From Escherichia coli (GTDB lineage: Bacteria; Pseudomonadota; Gammaproteobacteria; Enterobacterales; Enterobacteriaceae): DNA of 64,000 bases. Where the stretch lies: the NCBI RefSeq assembly GCF_017348835.2, contig NZ_CP072315.1; one strand, given 5' to 3'. The position numbers were made by a program, and so were the translations under genes. The notes under the pieces were generated by a model. The model ran no database searches. It was not told where the DNA came from and worked only from the letters and a program-made list of their open reading frames with translations. How positions within the stretch are numbered: position 1 is the stretch's first letter; each line of letters starts with the position of its first letter. Below are positions 19,225 to 28,688 of the stretch, one piece after another.

Positions 19225-19249
19225 GGCACGGTTTCCGTGCCTTTTTTTT
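19225..19249 (+). terminator. Intrinsic terminator closing the paralogue array
   Basis: GGCACGG-ttt-CCGTGCC followed by an 8-T run. Confidence 0.7.
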
Positions 19250-19448
19250 GCCTCGCTTACAAGCGTCTACTCCTCTTCTACCTATCCCACCTTACATCAC
19301 CACTTAAAATCTATCTTTCTAATTCCATTATCCTTTTCGTAGCCTCTAATGCTCTGGTATGAACATACTCTTTAAACTCAAAAAAGTGCTATTAACGAAA
19401 AAAAATCCCTAAAGAGATTTGTATACTGTTCTCAACCAAGGAGAGCTC

Positions 19449-19724
19449 ATGAATGAACTAAAATCCAAAAACGAGAACAGTACCAAAAGCAACTTTCCCC
19501 CGGTTGATAATCAGTTTTGCTTTTACCATGTTGATTTCAGCATAGAACGACTACTTTCTACGGCCGAGGATCTCCAGCTTGAGTACATCTTCCAGAAACC
19601 TGGAAGTGAAGTAAGAAAGGATTTGGTTGAGCGATTCGAACGTGGAGAGCGCTTTGTTACAGCTTCACACTGTGACAATTTCTGTGAAATCCTTGGTTGT
19701 CAAGGCCATCAGGAAAATGCATAA
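19449..19724 (+). CDS. Hypothetical protein (first gene of an eight-gene operon)
   Basis: Track start 19419 is TTG; ATG at 19449 is preceded by AAGGAGAG. Confidence 0.45.
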   Translation: MNELKSKNENSTKSNFPPVDNQFCFYHVDFSIERLLSTAEDLQLEYIFQKPGSEVRKDLVERFERGERFVTASHCDNFCEILGCQGHQENA

Positions 19725-19768
19725 ACCCATAAACCTACATTTCCACTTTTAAGGATGTTCACTAAAGA

Positions 19769-20359
19769 ATGATTGGAGAAAGTATTTTTGACTGGGTAAT
19801 TTACGGAATATCCATTTTGATATTTGCCTCAGCACTAATTGAAGGAAAGACAACTCGCTACCCAGCACTTTTTTTCTATGGGAGTTTAATTTTAATGTTA
19901 ATCCTGATAGTTGCTGGAGGCCTTAACTGGTGGTTCTACAGGTCAAAATATGGCGCAGTAATCGTTATCTTCACAGTGGTTTCTTTACTGATGACTCGAT
20001 TCCGCCTGGTCATATATAAATTAAGATTAAGAAAGTTAGTTTCAGAGATCAGATTTCGTATAAAAACGGGTTTTCGTATAATTCTTGTTTTGTCGGATAA
20101 TGAGGATGAGCGTAATGTTCTGCTGTCTATGCTTAGCAACGTATTGCCAGAGCAAACGCTTATTCACACGCGTGATGCTCTCGGACCTCATTCAGGGCCT
20201 ATCCTAAAAGCTCTTGAGCTACATCATCAACAGGGAACAGGTTACATACTCGTCTGTGAACAACAAATCTCAGCGCGTACGTGGTTGAGTATCGTAGAAA
20301 ATGGGAAACCTGATACATCTATAGCTGTTAATTTTCATTCGATCCCAGAAATGGAGTGA
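19769..20359 (+). CDS. Membrane protein (three N-terminal TM helices + cytoplasmic domain)
   Basis: Hydrophobic segments WVIYGISILIFASALI, LFFYGSLILMLILIVAGGL, AVIVIFTVVSLLM; tightly spaced after the previous gene. Confidence 0.5.
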   Translation: MIGESIFDWVIYGISILIFASALIEGKTTRYPALFFYGSLILMLILIVAGGLNWWFYRSKYGAVIVIFTVVSLLMTRFRLVIYKLRLRKLVSEIRFRIKTGFRIILVLSDNEDERNVLLSMLSNVLPEQTLIHTRDALGPHSGPILKALELHHQQGTGYILVCEQQISARTWLSIVENGKPDTSIAVNFHSIPEME

Positions 20360-20366
20360 TTTTTCA

Positions 20367-20624
20367 ATGAGTAGAACCGTTTCACAAAGTGTCACAGAAG
20401 ATTGTCTTTTTGATACCCGCACACAAGTCAGATTACAACTAAGTCGAAGCGTTCATAAAACGCTGGCATCTGCTAAAGAAATTTTACAGGGAAGGGGGGT
20501 TGATTCGGTCTCTATTGAAGATCTTGTGCGAGCCTGTCTTGAAGAGAACCAGCCAATTGATCTCGCCTCACTTTACCTTGAAAATCTCTTAAAACAGAAA
20601 GGTACCAGCATTTGCGATTTTTAG
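20367..20624 (+). CDS. Hypothetical small protein (85 aa), possibly DNA-binding
   Basis: 8-nt gap from upstream gene; weak ribbon-helix-helix-like impression only. Confidence 0.4.
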   Translation: MSRTVSQSVTEDCLFDTRTQVRLQLSRSVHKTLASAKEILQGRGVDSVSIEDLVRACLEENQPIDLASLYLENLLKQKGTSICDF

Positions 20625-20697
20625 TGTTTTCAAACCTATTAGATAAAATGCCGGTTGTGTTTATATAACATCAATAATTTCATGCAACAGGTAAAAC

Positions 20698-21234
20698 ATG
20701 AGTACTCAAAAGCAACTTTCCAGAACAACCGGCACTGAACGTATGTTTAAGGAAGAGCTGGCGTTATCCTTAATTTGTTGGGTTTTCACCAGTCCATTTA
20801 CCAACTGGACCGATAAAGTCTTCAGTGGTATTGAAGTTCCGTCTGAAGGACCGTCAACATTACTGGGTGAGGCTGAAAAATTCTTTCGTTTTGTCGTTAA
20901 TGAAGAAGGCTACGACGCAGGAAGGGCTGCTCTTGGTCTTGACCTATGTTGTTTTTCACTTCCGTCGTGTTTGTTCCCGGACGCTGCCCTGTCTGAGGAA
21001 GAGGTTATGAGTAAGTTAACCGGAGAAGTTATCCATGGGATTCTTCTTTCCTTACCTGAATTTATTGATATGCCAGAAGTGCTCGCTTACCAGGTCAGGG
21101 ATGAAATTCTTGCTTTTAACACTCGCTGTGGAGACGGGATCTTTCATGGTTGGAACACGGCTTCAGAATTGTGGAAGTTTGAAATCTTTCCCCGCACCAC
21201 CATCATGATGCAGCATACTTCGGCAATACATTAA
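20698..21234 (+). CDS. Hypothetical protein (178 aa)
   Basis: ORF in the same operon; no motif recognised. Confidence 0.45.
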   Translation: MSTQKQLSRTTGTERMFKEELALSLICWVFTSPFTNWTDKVFSGIEVPSEGPSTLLGEAEKFFRFVVNEEGYDAGRAALGLDLCCFSLPSCLFPDAALSEEEVMSKLTGEVIHGILLSLPEFIDMPEVLAYQVRDEILAFNTRCGDGIFHGWNTASELWKFEIFPRTTIMMQHTSAIH

Positions 21235-21250
21235 AATTAGGCGGGGCAGA

Positions 21251-21697
21251 ATGCATAAAAAACTTTTTCTTCTCGAATGGAAACCCTGTCAGAGCCGCGT
21301 ATGGGCCGGTTGGATGGCCCTGTGGTTGACTATCAGTTTTCTGATGTTATCTGCCTTGCTTATGACAGATCATCTCCTGAACAAAGTCATCCTGCCGCCA
21401 ACATGGTTGTTGATCTGGTTTTCGCCAATGCTGGGGTTTTTGATAAAAGTTCGCGTCGTCGAAACTCAACATTTCCTGGAGCATGACCTCTGTGTTGCAG
21501 GTTTCTCTTTTTACCGCTGGAAGAGGTTAGTTTCTCCCGGGCTTTGGTCAGTTGACTGTATAAATGGTCGTTTTCGCCTCAATCGGATCACCCAGGTGGG
21601 TAAGACTATCCACTATCCATGGCGTCTCCATTATCATCCTTTGTTCATGAGCCCTATCGAACATAAATCGCATGCTGTGAAAGCTGTTTCAAAATGA
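21251..21697 (+). CDS. Hypothetical membrane protein (148 aa)
   Basis: Hydrophobic segments (WMALWLTISFLMLSALLM; LPPTWLLIWFSPMLGFLI). Confidence 0.45.
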   Translation: MHKKLFLLEWKPCQSRVWAGWMALWLTISFLMLSALLMTDHLLNKVILPPTWLLIWFSPMLGFLIKVRVVETQHFLEHDLCVAGFSFYRWKRLVSPGLWSVDCINGRFRLNRITQVGKTIHYPWRLHYHPLFMSPIEHKSHAVKAVSK

Positions 21698-21769
21698 CTT
21701 CTTTAGAGGTTTACATGACATTTATGTTCTGCAAGGTCAGCCAGGGCAGCAAAATTGATTTGAAATAAC

Positions 21770-22750
21770 ATGAGCCTGGAGAAACGTATGAGTTATGACG
21801 ATTTGCCCTATTTTCGTGACCAGATTCTGGAACGTATCGACTCGCTTAAGTGTTTTCTTTCGAACACCCCCCCGCTGATGGCAAACCTGATGACTGTCTC
21901 CACCGTATCTCGAACAGAAGAGCGACTGAAGCAGGTTAAACCCATCAGGGTTAGTGTTAAAGACGATGCTTCGGTTGAGGAAATTATTCAGGCACTTACT
22001 GACATCTGTGTGGATGACATAGAGTCATTAAGTCATGATTCCACCAAAGTGACCACTAAATACCCGGGTCTTATCATTGTCCCAGAAAGAGCAGATCTTC
22101 TCGAAAGCTTGATCACATCTATAAATGAAGCAAAAAATGATTTTGCTGCGGCAATGAGGCGTATCGATAATAAAAAGAATGTCCGTTTTGATAAAGTGCA
22201 CAAGAAGCTCCCGGGCCTTGTCGCTATGCACTCAACAAGAAATGTCCTTTTCATCAAGTCCCAGCTTAAAAAAGTTACTTTTTCATGGCGGCTAAACCGA
22301 AACCAGGAAGTTAAAACAGCAGAGCAACTTGTGAGTTTGTTGGAGCGCAGGAGAGCCTCAGAAGTAAAAAATGTAGCAACTACCAATTTGAATGTCGTGT
22401 CTAATATCGATAAGGCTTTACACCGTCTTGAATTTCACCCACTGAAGCAGGGCGAATCTTATCGCCTTTGTCGAACTAACTCTTTCCCTGTTCCGATTGC
22501 TCACATTTTTGCATTTAGGCCTGAAGGGCAGGAACGAAACGGGAATAAATATGCTGAGACTGATTATTCAGTAGTAAAAGCATCCTTGCCCATTTTCGCA
22601 GCAGGCAACATACCTCAATTAAAAACGCTCTCTGACTGGGCTCCTGAAAACAGCCAGGGCCCGTCCAACCAACGGAAGCTGAGCCTGAAATATACAGAAC
22701 TCGTGCCGGGGGCTGAGCTGGGCATTTTCATTGTCAGCCCCGAAAATTAA
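21770..22750 (+). CDS. Tus-like protein (replication terminus-binding family), tentative
   Basis: VHKKLPGLVAMHSTRNVLF...VTFSWRLNRNQEVKTAEQLVSLLERR resembles my recollection of E. coli Tus [52 protein letters not shown]; similar length. Not verified by alignment. Confidence 0.45.
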   Translation: MSLEKRMSYDDLPYFRDQILERIDSLKCFLSNTPPLMANLMTVSTVSRTEERLKQVKPIRVSVKDDASVEEIIQALTDICVDDIESLSHDSTKVTTKYPGLIIVPERADLLESLITSINEAKNDFAAAMRRIDNKKNVRFDKVHKKLPGLVAMHSTRNVLFIKSQLKKVTFSWRLNRNQEVKTAEQLVSLLERRRASEVKNVATTNLNVVSNIDKALHRLEFHPLKQGESYRLCRTNSFPVPIAHIFAFRPEGQERNGNKYAETDYSVVKASLPIFAAGNIPQLKTLSDWAPENSQGPSNQRKLSLKYTELVPGAELGIFIVSPEN

Positions 22751-22759
22751 GGAACAACA

Positions 22760-23665
22760 ATGCAATGGATTTCCACAGCCAGCCAGAAAATCGATGAGCG
22801 TCTCTATCGTGTCTGCGTCTGGGTAAAAAAATATCACGCTGATGCGATTAACCGCGTTGTGCTTACCGTTGATCTAAGTAAAGCCCGACATGACCCTGAC
22901 GAGGACCAGGTAAGAGCAGAGCTGCTGTGCGGCCATTATTTTTTGCTTCGTAAGGAAAACGCTTCGAACTCTGCGCCTGACGATCAAAAGTTTGCTTTCC
23001 TGCCTGACGGGCGCAATCTGTGTTGGCAGACCGCAACCCCGGTGCTTCAGCATCTCCTGCTCAATAAAAACGTTCCTGAGTCGCTGAGGTTGCTTACGGA
23101 CTACATACATATGCGTCTGGCCAGGCTGACAATGGTACCAATGTCCGGAACCATCATGAACGAGGCTCTGCTGGACAGCATCAGCTGGGTTAAGGTGGAT
23201 TTGACCTACTTCTGGCAGTACGAACAGCTCAGCTCTCATCTGGGACCCATCCAGATAACCCACAAGGCACTAGTACGCTTCGGGCATCTGGCAAAGAATG
23301 ATGAAAACTCCAGTGCCATAAGAATCCTGCGTCAGCGTCTGTCTTCAGAATTCTTACAAGAATTTCAGATGGCTGAGGATGAGCTAAAGCGCAAACAGTC
23401 GTTGATGGGCACCATGGACGTGAAAATGCTGTTTCATGCTCATTACCCCAGCCAGAAGATGCTGGTGGCTCGATATAAAAATGGTTGGGTAATGGTGGAT
23501 TGTTTTCTGTTTCATCATACCAAACCTAAGAAAAAAGCAAAAAACAAAACTACTGTGGCTAAGCCTCAACTTAAAGAGACTAAAAGAGAAGGGAGTGAAA
23601 ATGGAACTGGGCATTATGGTGTGCATCGTGTTGTTACTCTCCGTGGCGGCGGCGTGGATCAGTAA
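22760..23665 (+). CDS. Hypothetical protein (301 aa)
   Basis: ORF 10 nt after the previous stop; no motif recognised. Confidence 0.45.
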   Translation: MQWISTASQKIDERLYRVCVWVKKYHADAINRVVLTVDLSKARHDPDEDQVRAELLCGHYFLLRKENASNSAPDDQKFAFLPDGRNLCWQTATPVLQHLLLNKNVPESLRLLTDYIHMRLARLTMVPMSGTIMNEALLDSISWVKVDLTYFWQYEQLSSHLGPIQITHKALVRFGHLAKNDENSSAIRILRQRLSSEFLQEFQMAEDELKRKQSLMGTMDVKMLFHAHYPSQKMLVARYKNGWVMVDCFLFHHTKPKKKAKNKTTVAKPQLKETKREGSENGTGHYGVHRVVTLRGGGVDQ

Positions 23666-23945
23666 TAAGACAGTTGATTTGCTCGAAAGATTCTATTTCA
23701 AGCGTCCGCTGAGCATGGAGTACGCGGCATGGCTACGTGTAATGTGTGCAGGCTTGTTATTGGTTTTTATTCAGGTTGCTCCACAATTTACACTTCTGTA
23801 TACCCTTAAACTTGTCACGCTTATTAATCTTGGAATCCAGACAATGAAATTAAATGGCGTGTACAAATATAAAAGAACGGGAATTTTGCCTCCGGGAGGG
23901 GCACTCTCTAATCTCACCAGACTTAACCCGTTCAAGAAAAAATAA
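23601..23945 (+). CDS. Small membrane protein (114 aa)
   Basis: ATG at 23601 with AAGGGAG RBS; overlaps the previous gene by 65 nt in another frame; two hydrophobic helices. Confidence 0.45.
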   Translation: MELGIMVCIVLLLSVAAAWISNKTVDLLERFYFKRPLSMEYAAWLRVMCAGLLLVFIQVAPQFTLLYTLKLVTLINLGIQTMKLNGVYKYKRTGILPPGGALSNLTRLNPFKKK

Positions 23946-23951
23946 AGTTAT

Positions 23952-23967
23952 GCGCCCGTGAGGGCGC
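23952..23967. terminator. Bidirectional hairpin between convergent genes
   Basis: GCGCCC-gtga-GGGCGC between the 23945 stop (+) and the 23967 stop (-). Confidence 0.5.
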
Positions 23968-25151
23968 TATTCATCAAAGGCATTTCGCATAAGCTTGATC
24001 ATTGCTTTTTTACCAGCTTCAATATTACGAATGTAGCGCATAACCATTTCTTCATTCGACCAGTTCCCCATTTCCATAATCTGTGGTAGCGAGTAACCTT
24101 CAATATTTAGCTGTATCGCTCCGCCTACACGAACGCTGTGCCCTGTCCAGTAACGAGTTTTAGTCTCATTTGGATAAAGCTCATTCCACATCTCTTTAAA
24201 TGCTCGTAAAAGGGAATTTTTGCTGAGCATACCGGCATCGTCCACAGTGTCTTCTTCATCTTCATCGTTCAGAAGACTTTGCTTAGCACGATAGGGTAGG
24301 TTATGCCTTTTAAGAAGTTCAGATAGCTCATTCCCCTTACTCCGAAGCTTCCAGCCGGGTGGCATATAGCCTGTATCATGGAAATTTACGGCCTGGAAAA
24401 GGAATTCATCCGGATGACTGTGCTGATCCATTTTCACGAGGTTCATCAATCTCAAGAGGCAGTTAGTTAACTGACGTGTCAGCCGGTAGGTAAGAAGTGT
24501 ACTAATGTTCGTTTTTGTACGGTATACCGTCAGGTTAAATTCACCGGTCATACTATCCAGAGACAGATCTTTCAGACGTATACGTCGAATTTCGGATGAA
24601 CGGAGCAGTGTTTCAAAGCCTGTCCAGATCAGGCACAGGTCACGAAGTTTACGAACTGAGTTTGTAGTACTGCGTAACTTTATCAGAGCCTTGAGATCGC
24701 CAATAAGAAAGGGAGTTGCCTGTTTAGTCGTCTTTCGCTTCCGGGCTTCCGATTGTTTTAAGGCTTCCAGCATGTACCATGCTTCAGACGTAATAATCCC
24801 GGGCAGGTTAAGCCCTTTTTTATGGATACTATTTAAGGCCTGAAGACAGCTGTTTATGCTGCTTCGTGACAATTTGCCTTCAAGATGCCCCATAAACGCA
24901 AGCAGAGCGTCCTCAGACACGGGGAGCGAACTTACTGGCCAGTCTGTATGCAACCGGGCATTCGCCAGATACCATTCGTTCCATACTCGTAGCCAGTGCA
25001 GATAGGTTTTAGCAGTGTTGTATCTCAGATGGGAAAAGTAACGGATCAAGCGTGAAAGCTGTTTATCATGGTTGCCGAACGTTTCCAGCTGCTGATGCAA
25101 TTCGCTTTCCGAAAACTGTCTGATCACTGATTGATTCTTCATCCTGCTCAC
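23967..25151 (-). CDS. Tyrosine site-specific recombinase (phage-integrase family)
   Basis: C-terminal catalytic signature HSVRVGGA (H-x-x-R) and the Tyr in MVMRYIRN; upstream Arg in LRSSEIRRIRLKDL. Confidence 0.8.
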   Translation of the reverse strand: MSRMKNQSVIRQFSESELHQQLETFGNHDKQLSRLIRYFSHLRYNTAKTYLHWLRVWNEWYLANARLHTDWPVSSLPVSEDALLAFMGHLEGKLSRSSINSCLQALNSIHKKGLNLPGIITSEAWYMLEALKQSEARKRKTTKQATPFLIGDLKALIKLRSTTNSVRKLRDLCLIWTGFETLLRSSEIRRIRLKDLSLDSMTGEFNLTVYRTKTNISTLLTYRLTRQLTNCLLRLMNLVKMDQHSHPDEFLFQAVNFHDTGYMPPGWKLRSKGNELSELLKRHNLPYRAKQSLLNDEDEEDTVDDAGMLSKNSLLRAFKEMWNELYPNETKTRYWTGHSVRVGGAIQLNIEGYSLPQIMEMGNWSNEEMVMRYIRNIEAGKKAMIKLMRNAFDE

Positions 25152-25312
25152 CGGGATACACTGGTTTTAATTACAGGTCATTTTAGCACTCATGTACCTG
25201 GTTATGAACAGGGTGGAAACAACGAAAAAGGTTGTGAAATCGTTAGGCTTAAGTGAAAAATGATATTAAGATTATCCCTGGCCAGTTGAGGCCTGTCTAA
25301 AGAAGGTTGATT

Positions 25313-25525
25313 ATGTCTGACACAAAGCAGTCTTATTTAATGAAATTCCGTAAGTGTAGTTCGTTCGAAACGCTCGAAAAAGTATTTGAAAGGTTATGTG
25401 AAAAAAACTCGGGTGTCGCCTCTCTTGAAATTTCTGGTGCTTATGATCATCGTAAAGCCGAACTGACAATGAAAAAGTTATATGACAAAGTTCCTGCGAG
25501 TGTGTGGACCTTTGTTCGCGAGTAA
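25313..25525 (+). CDS. hha: Hha/YmoA-family modulator (H-NS co-regulator)
   Basis: YLMKFRKCSSFETLEKVFE...YDHRKAELTMKKLYDKVPASVWTFVRE aligns by eye with E. coli Hha (YLMRLRRCQTIDTLERVIE...[26 protein letters not shown]). ATG at 25313 with GAAGG RBS. Confidence 0.8.
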   Translation: MSDTKQSYLMKFRKCSSFETLEKVFERLCEKNSGVASLEISGAYDHRKAELTMKKLYDKVPASVWTFVRE

Positions 25526-25885
25526 TTATTAATATTGGCACAACAAAAAGACTGTGCCTAGATTTGAAAATAGTTTATGCCCCTTTCGGGGCTAAAGGCA
25601 TTGTAATAGCCTGTCTTTTAAAGTTGTTTATTAAGTTCGGAGAAAAACTTTAATCATAAGCCAAGCCCACTGCTAAATACATCCGATATTCTCCTTCATT
25701 TTATTAGAAGTGATAAAAGTTACTTTACCTAAACTTCTCTCTCAATATTTGTAAGGCTCTCATTTGATTTTTGTCAAACATTAATCTGGAAGACGGAAAA
25801 ATCATTTCTTTTAATACGTTTTACAGAAATCCTCCTCCGTTATTTCGGATATAGTTTGAATCATTATCAAAAACGGGGTGCAGCC

Positions 25886-26968
25886 ATGCGTAAGAGTTAT
25901 ACATTTGGTATTCCATTTGGACTCCAGCGAGAATCAGGACTCTTTTTAGATATTACAGAGGTCAGCCGGGGTATTGACTGTAACTGCATCTGCCCCGCTT
26001 GCAAAACTGATCTGTTAGCAAAGCAGGGGGAGGTCAAGCTTTGGCATTTCTCACACAGTACAGCTGTAGCCGGTGACTGTGATGGTCTGATGGAAGCCAT
26101 CCGGGGAAAGATTATTGAAGTCATCAACGAGCACCAGGTTCTTGGTTTCCCAAATCTTCTCGCTGGCGACGATGGTGGGCCGGTTTCACTGAATGAGGTT
26201 AGTGGAAGCGGCAGTATGTTCGGAGGCACAGCTGATCTGTTCGTAAAGGTTAATGATTTATGTGTGGCCGTCTTTCTGGACAGGGATCGCAGCATTTCAG
26301 AGAAGTTAACCTTTGACCATCTTCATCCTTCCGAAAGAGTTGCCGCATTGCGTATCGATCTTCCTGATATTGAATATGAAATCAGTCAGGTGCAGCTCGG
26401 GCGACGTAAAACAACATACAGTGAGTGCATTGAAAGCCTGATCATTGATGAGACCAGTTCCCGGGAATGGCTATATCATCCATTAATGCATGAACTTGAA
26501 TCTGAACCTCTTCAGGAGTATCGGGGACGGGAGCCTTCAGAGGAAGGGCCTCTTCTTCAGCGCCTTGCTGACTGTAAGATGAAATTGCCTGATATCCTTC
26601 CGGGCAGTCATAACGCGCTAGTCAGGTTACAGCAGGATACGATTGTATGTCTGTGTCGGTTAACGGTTCGGGCTTATGACATCGCTCAGACCGATGAATT
26701 TCCTTTGTTCCTTCGCTATTTCAGGTTGCACTGCCTGGAAAACAGCGAACATGTCAGTTACGAAAGACTGATCTGCTGGCAGGAAATGATTTCAAAAACC
26801 CAGGAAGGCCAGTCCTTGACACAAAACGAACTTGAATATCTTCATGAGATTGTCCGCATCGCCTTTTACAATCACCGGCTTAACAATGTCAGTATTTCAG
26901 ATGTTAAAAACCATGACACTGGAAAGAAGAGCGGCAGGGTAGAGTCACAAAATTATTCACTTTTATAA
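25886..26968 (+). CDS. Zinc-finger protein, possibly CoiA-like nuclease family
   Basis: N-terminal CNCICPACKTDL...KLWHFSH (Cys cluster + HF[AS]H) recalls competence protein CoiA; otherwise unassigned. Track start 25856 is TTG; ATG at 25886. Confidence 0.4.
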   Translation: MRKSYTFGIPFGLQRESGLFLDITEVSRGIDCNCICPACKTDLLAKQGEVKLWHFSHSTAVAGDCDGLMEAIRGKIIEVINEHQVLGFPNLLAGDDGGPVSLNEVSGSGSMFGGTADLFVKVNDLCVAVFLDRDRSISEKLTFDHLHPSERVAALRIDLPDIEYEISQVQLGRRKTTYSECIESLIIDETSSREWLYHPLMHELESEPLQEYRGREPSEEGPLLQRLADCKMKLPDILPGSHNALVRLQQDTIVCLCRLTVRAYDIAQTDEFPLFLRYFRLHCLENSEHVSYERLICWQEMISKTQEGQSLTQNELEYLHEIVRIAFYNHRLNNVSISDVKNHDTGKKSGRVESQNYSLL

Positions 26969-27134
26969 ATAACTTGGGCTTTGCGCATTAAACCCTTGCC
27001 GCAGGCGGTGTACCGCATATCCGGCACAGACAGTCAGTTTTTTCTGGCAGCTTAAATTTGACACTGCTTAATATAGTGATTCATTAAACAGGTTCAGTAT
27101 GCTGCCAGAACGTTTTAGTCGTAATGGGCGTCCG

Positions 27135-28688
27135 TTAGTTTTCAACTAACTGAACGACGACCAGCCTGCCGCCTTCCTCCTTTGACAGAACAAACTGAGC
27201 GTTATTCGTCAGTTCAATTTTTTCCCCAATGGCAATCTGTCGTTTATCCGGTAATGACATAAGCCCATTTATGCCTTCATTTACTAACCACCACTGATCG
27301 TTATGGAAAACAAAATACCCAACTCGTTTCCTTTGTGCATCGGTTGTGCGCTCATTTGGCGCAATGAGGCGATTCACATGCCACGCATAGATTGACTGCC
27401 CGCTCCACACCATCAACCGGTGGTCGTCAGGACGATAACTGCCTTCCTTTCGGGATGAATATAAATTTAGAACCGGTAATTTACCCTTGTATGGCGTACC
27501 GCAGTAGGGACAAACCGGCTTTGTCTTACCTGAGAAAACGTACCATTTCTGTTCACACGCCTTGTTCTGGCAGGGCTGTATCAGATCGACTGTTTTAACC
27601 AGGGCACTTTCCCACTCATCGGCGGTCGGGCGTTTATTGGCATCGTGTAAGCCATCAATAAAGGCGCGTTCAAACAAAGGCGTCAAATAAGGGCCCATGA
27701 TGGTGTAAGGAATTTTCTCCGGGTCAGCCCAGGGCAGTGAAAAGGAGGATAGCTGACTGACTTTGACTGCATTGCTTTTGTCTGTCGGATGTTCAATGAA
27801 GAGTGCCTTCTCACCCATAGATAAGGTCTCATCACGTACTTCATCCGACATGTCATGTATTTTTCCGCCACGTAGCGGATGACGGAAGAACAGATACATG
27901 TAGATAAGCACCGACAGCGCATGACGGTCAGTAGAAATGCTTGGCAATACGCGGTTCGGATCCTCTTTGGAAAGATGGCTGGTTTTCACCACTTCCGGAG
28001 CGATAAAATCCGGGGTGCCCACGACGTCGGGAGGATACTTTCCAGGGACAACCAGGCCGTCTACGTCAATGATGCAGGCATGTCCCATTTCTGGATCGAT
28101 AAGCACGTTTTTATAGCTTAGATCGCTGTGACAGAGACCTGCCGCATGCATCCTTCTGACGGCTCTTGTTAGCAGCAGACAGACCTTGAGATAGGTAAGC
28201 GTATTGCCTCGTTCACGTGGGTCGAGAAATTTATTCTGGTTGCTGGCGCTGGCAAACCATTTGCCTTCCTTTTCACGGCCTTTTATGCCAAGAAAATCAT
28301 CGTTTTTAGAGCCGTATTTAAAGAAAAAGTAGCTTTTGTAGGTTGGAACCACGATGCCGATTTTATCCCCATGCTCAACAACGTGGGTCGGCCAGCAAAA
28401 CAGGTCCTTCCAGTATTCACCTCCGGACTGGCCAAAAATGTTTTGCCTGTAGCGTCCGGTGATCATATCAATCCGATCCCGGGCCTGCTCGTTCTGCGGT
28501 TTATGATAAAAAGCGACGACGTATGATTTATCAGGCGAGAAGTAAACATCCTTCATCGAGCCCGAACCAATTACCTCGTCAACATACTGGACTGTTTCGC
28601 CGTCCTTTGTTTTGCACGTAACAATATTTGCCATATTGATCACCGAAGAAGCGTATCCCTTACCACAACACCGCAATAGTGCGGTCAT
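27135..28688 (-). CDS. Ser/Thr protein kinase of the TerY-associated triad, with C-terminal zinc ribbon
   Basis: Catalytic loop CHSDLSYKNVLID, DFG-equivalent IIDVDG, later CQNKACEQ...CPYCGT; last gene of the TerY operon. Confidence 0.8.
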   Translation of the reverse strand: MTALLRCCGKGYASSVINMANIVTCKTKDGETVQYVDEVIGSGSMKDVYFSPDKSYVVAFYHKPQNEQARDRIDMITGRYRQNIFGQSGGEYWKDLFCWPTHVVEHGDKIGIVVPTYKSYFFFKYGSKNDDFLGIKGREKEGKWFASASNQNKFLDPRERGNTLTYLKVCLLLTRAVRRMHAAGLCHSDLSYKNVLIDPEMGHACIIDVDGLVVPGKYPPDVVGTPDFIAPEVVKTSHLSKEDPNRVLPSISTDRHALSVLIYMYLFFRHPLRGGKIHDMSDEVRDETLSMGEKALFIEHPTDKSNAVKVSQLSSFSLPWADPEKIPYTIMGPYLTPLFERAFIDGLHDANKRPTADEWESALVKTVDLIQPCQNKACEQKWYVFSGKTKPVCPYCGTPYKGKLPVLNLYSSRKEGSYRPDDHRLMVWSGQSIYAWHVNRLIAPNERTTDAQRKRVGYFVFHNDQWWLVNEGINGLMSLPDKRQIAIGEKIELTNNAQFVLSKEEGGRLVVVQLVEN

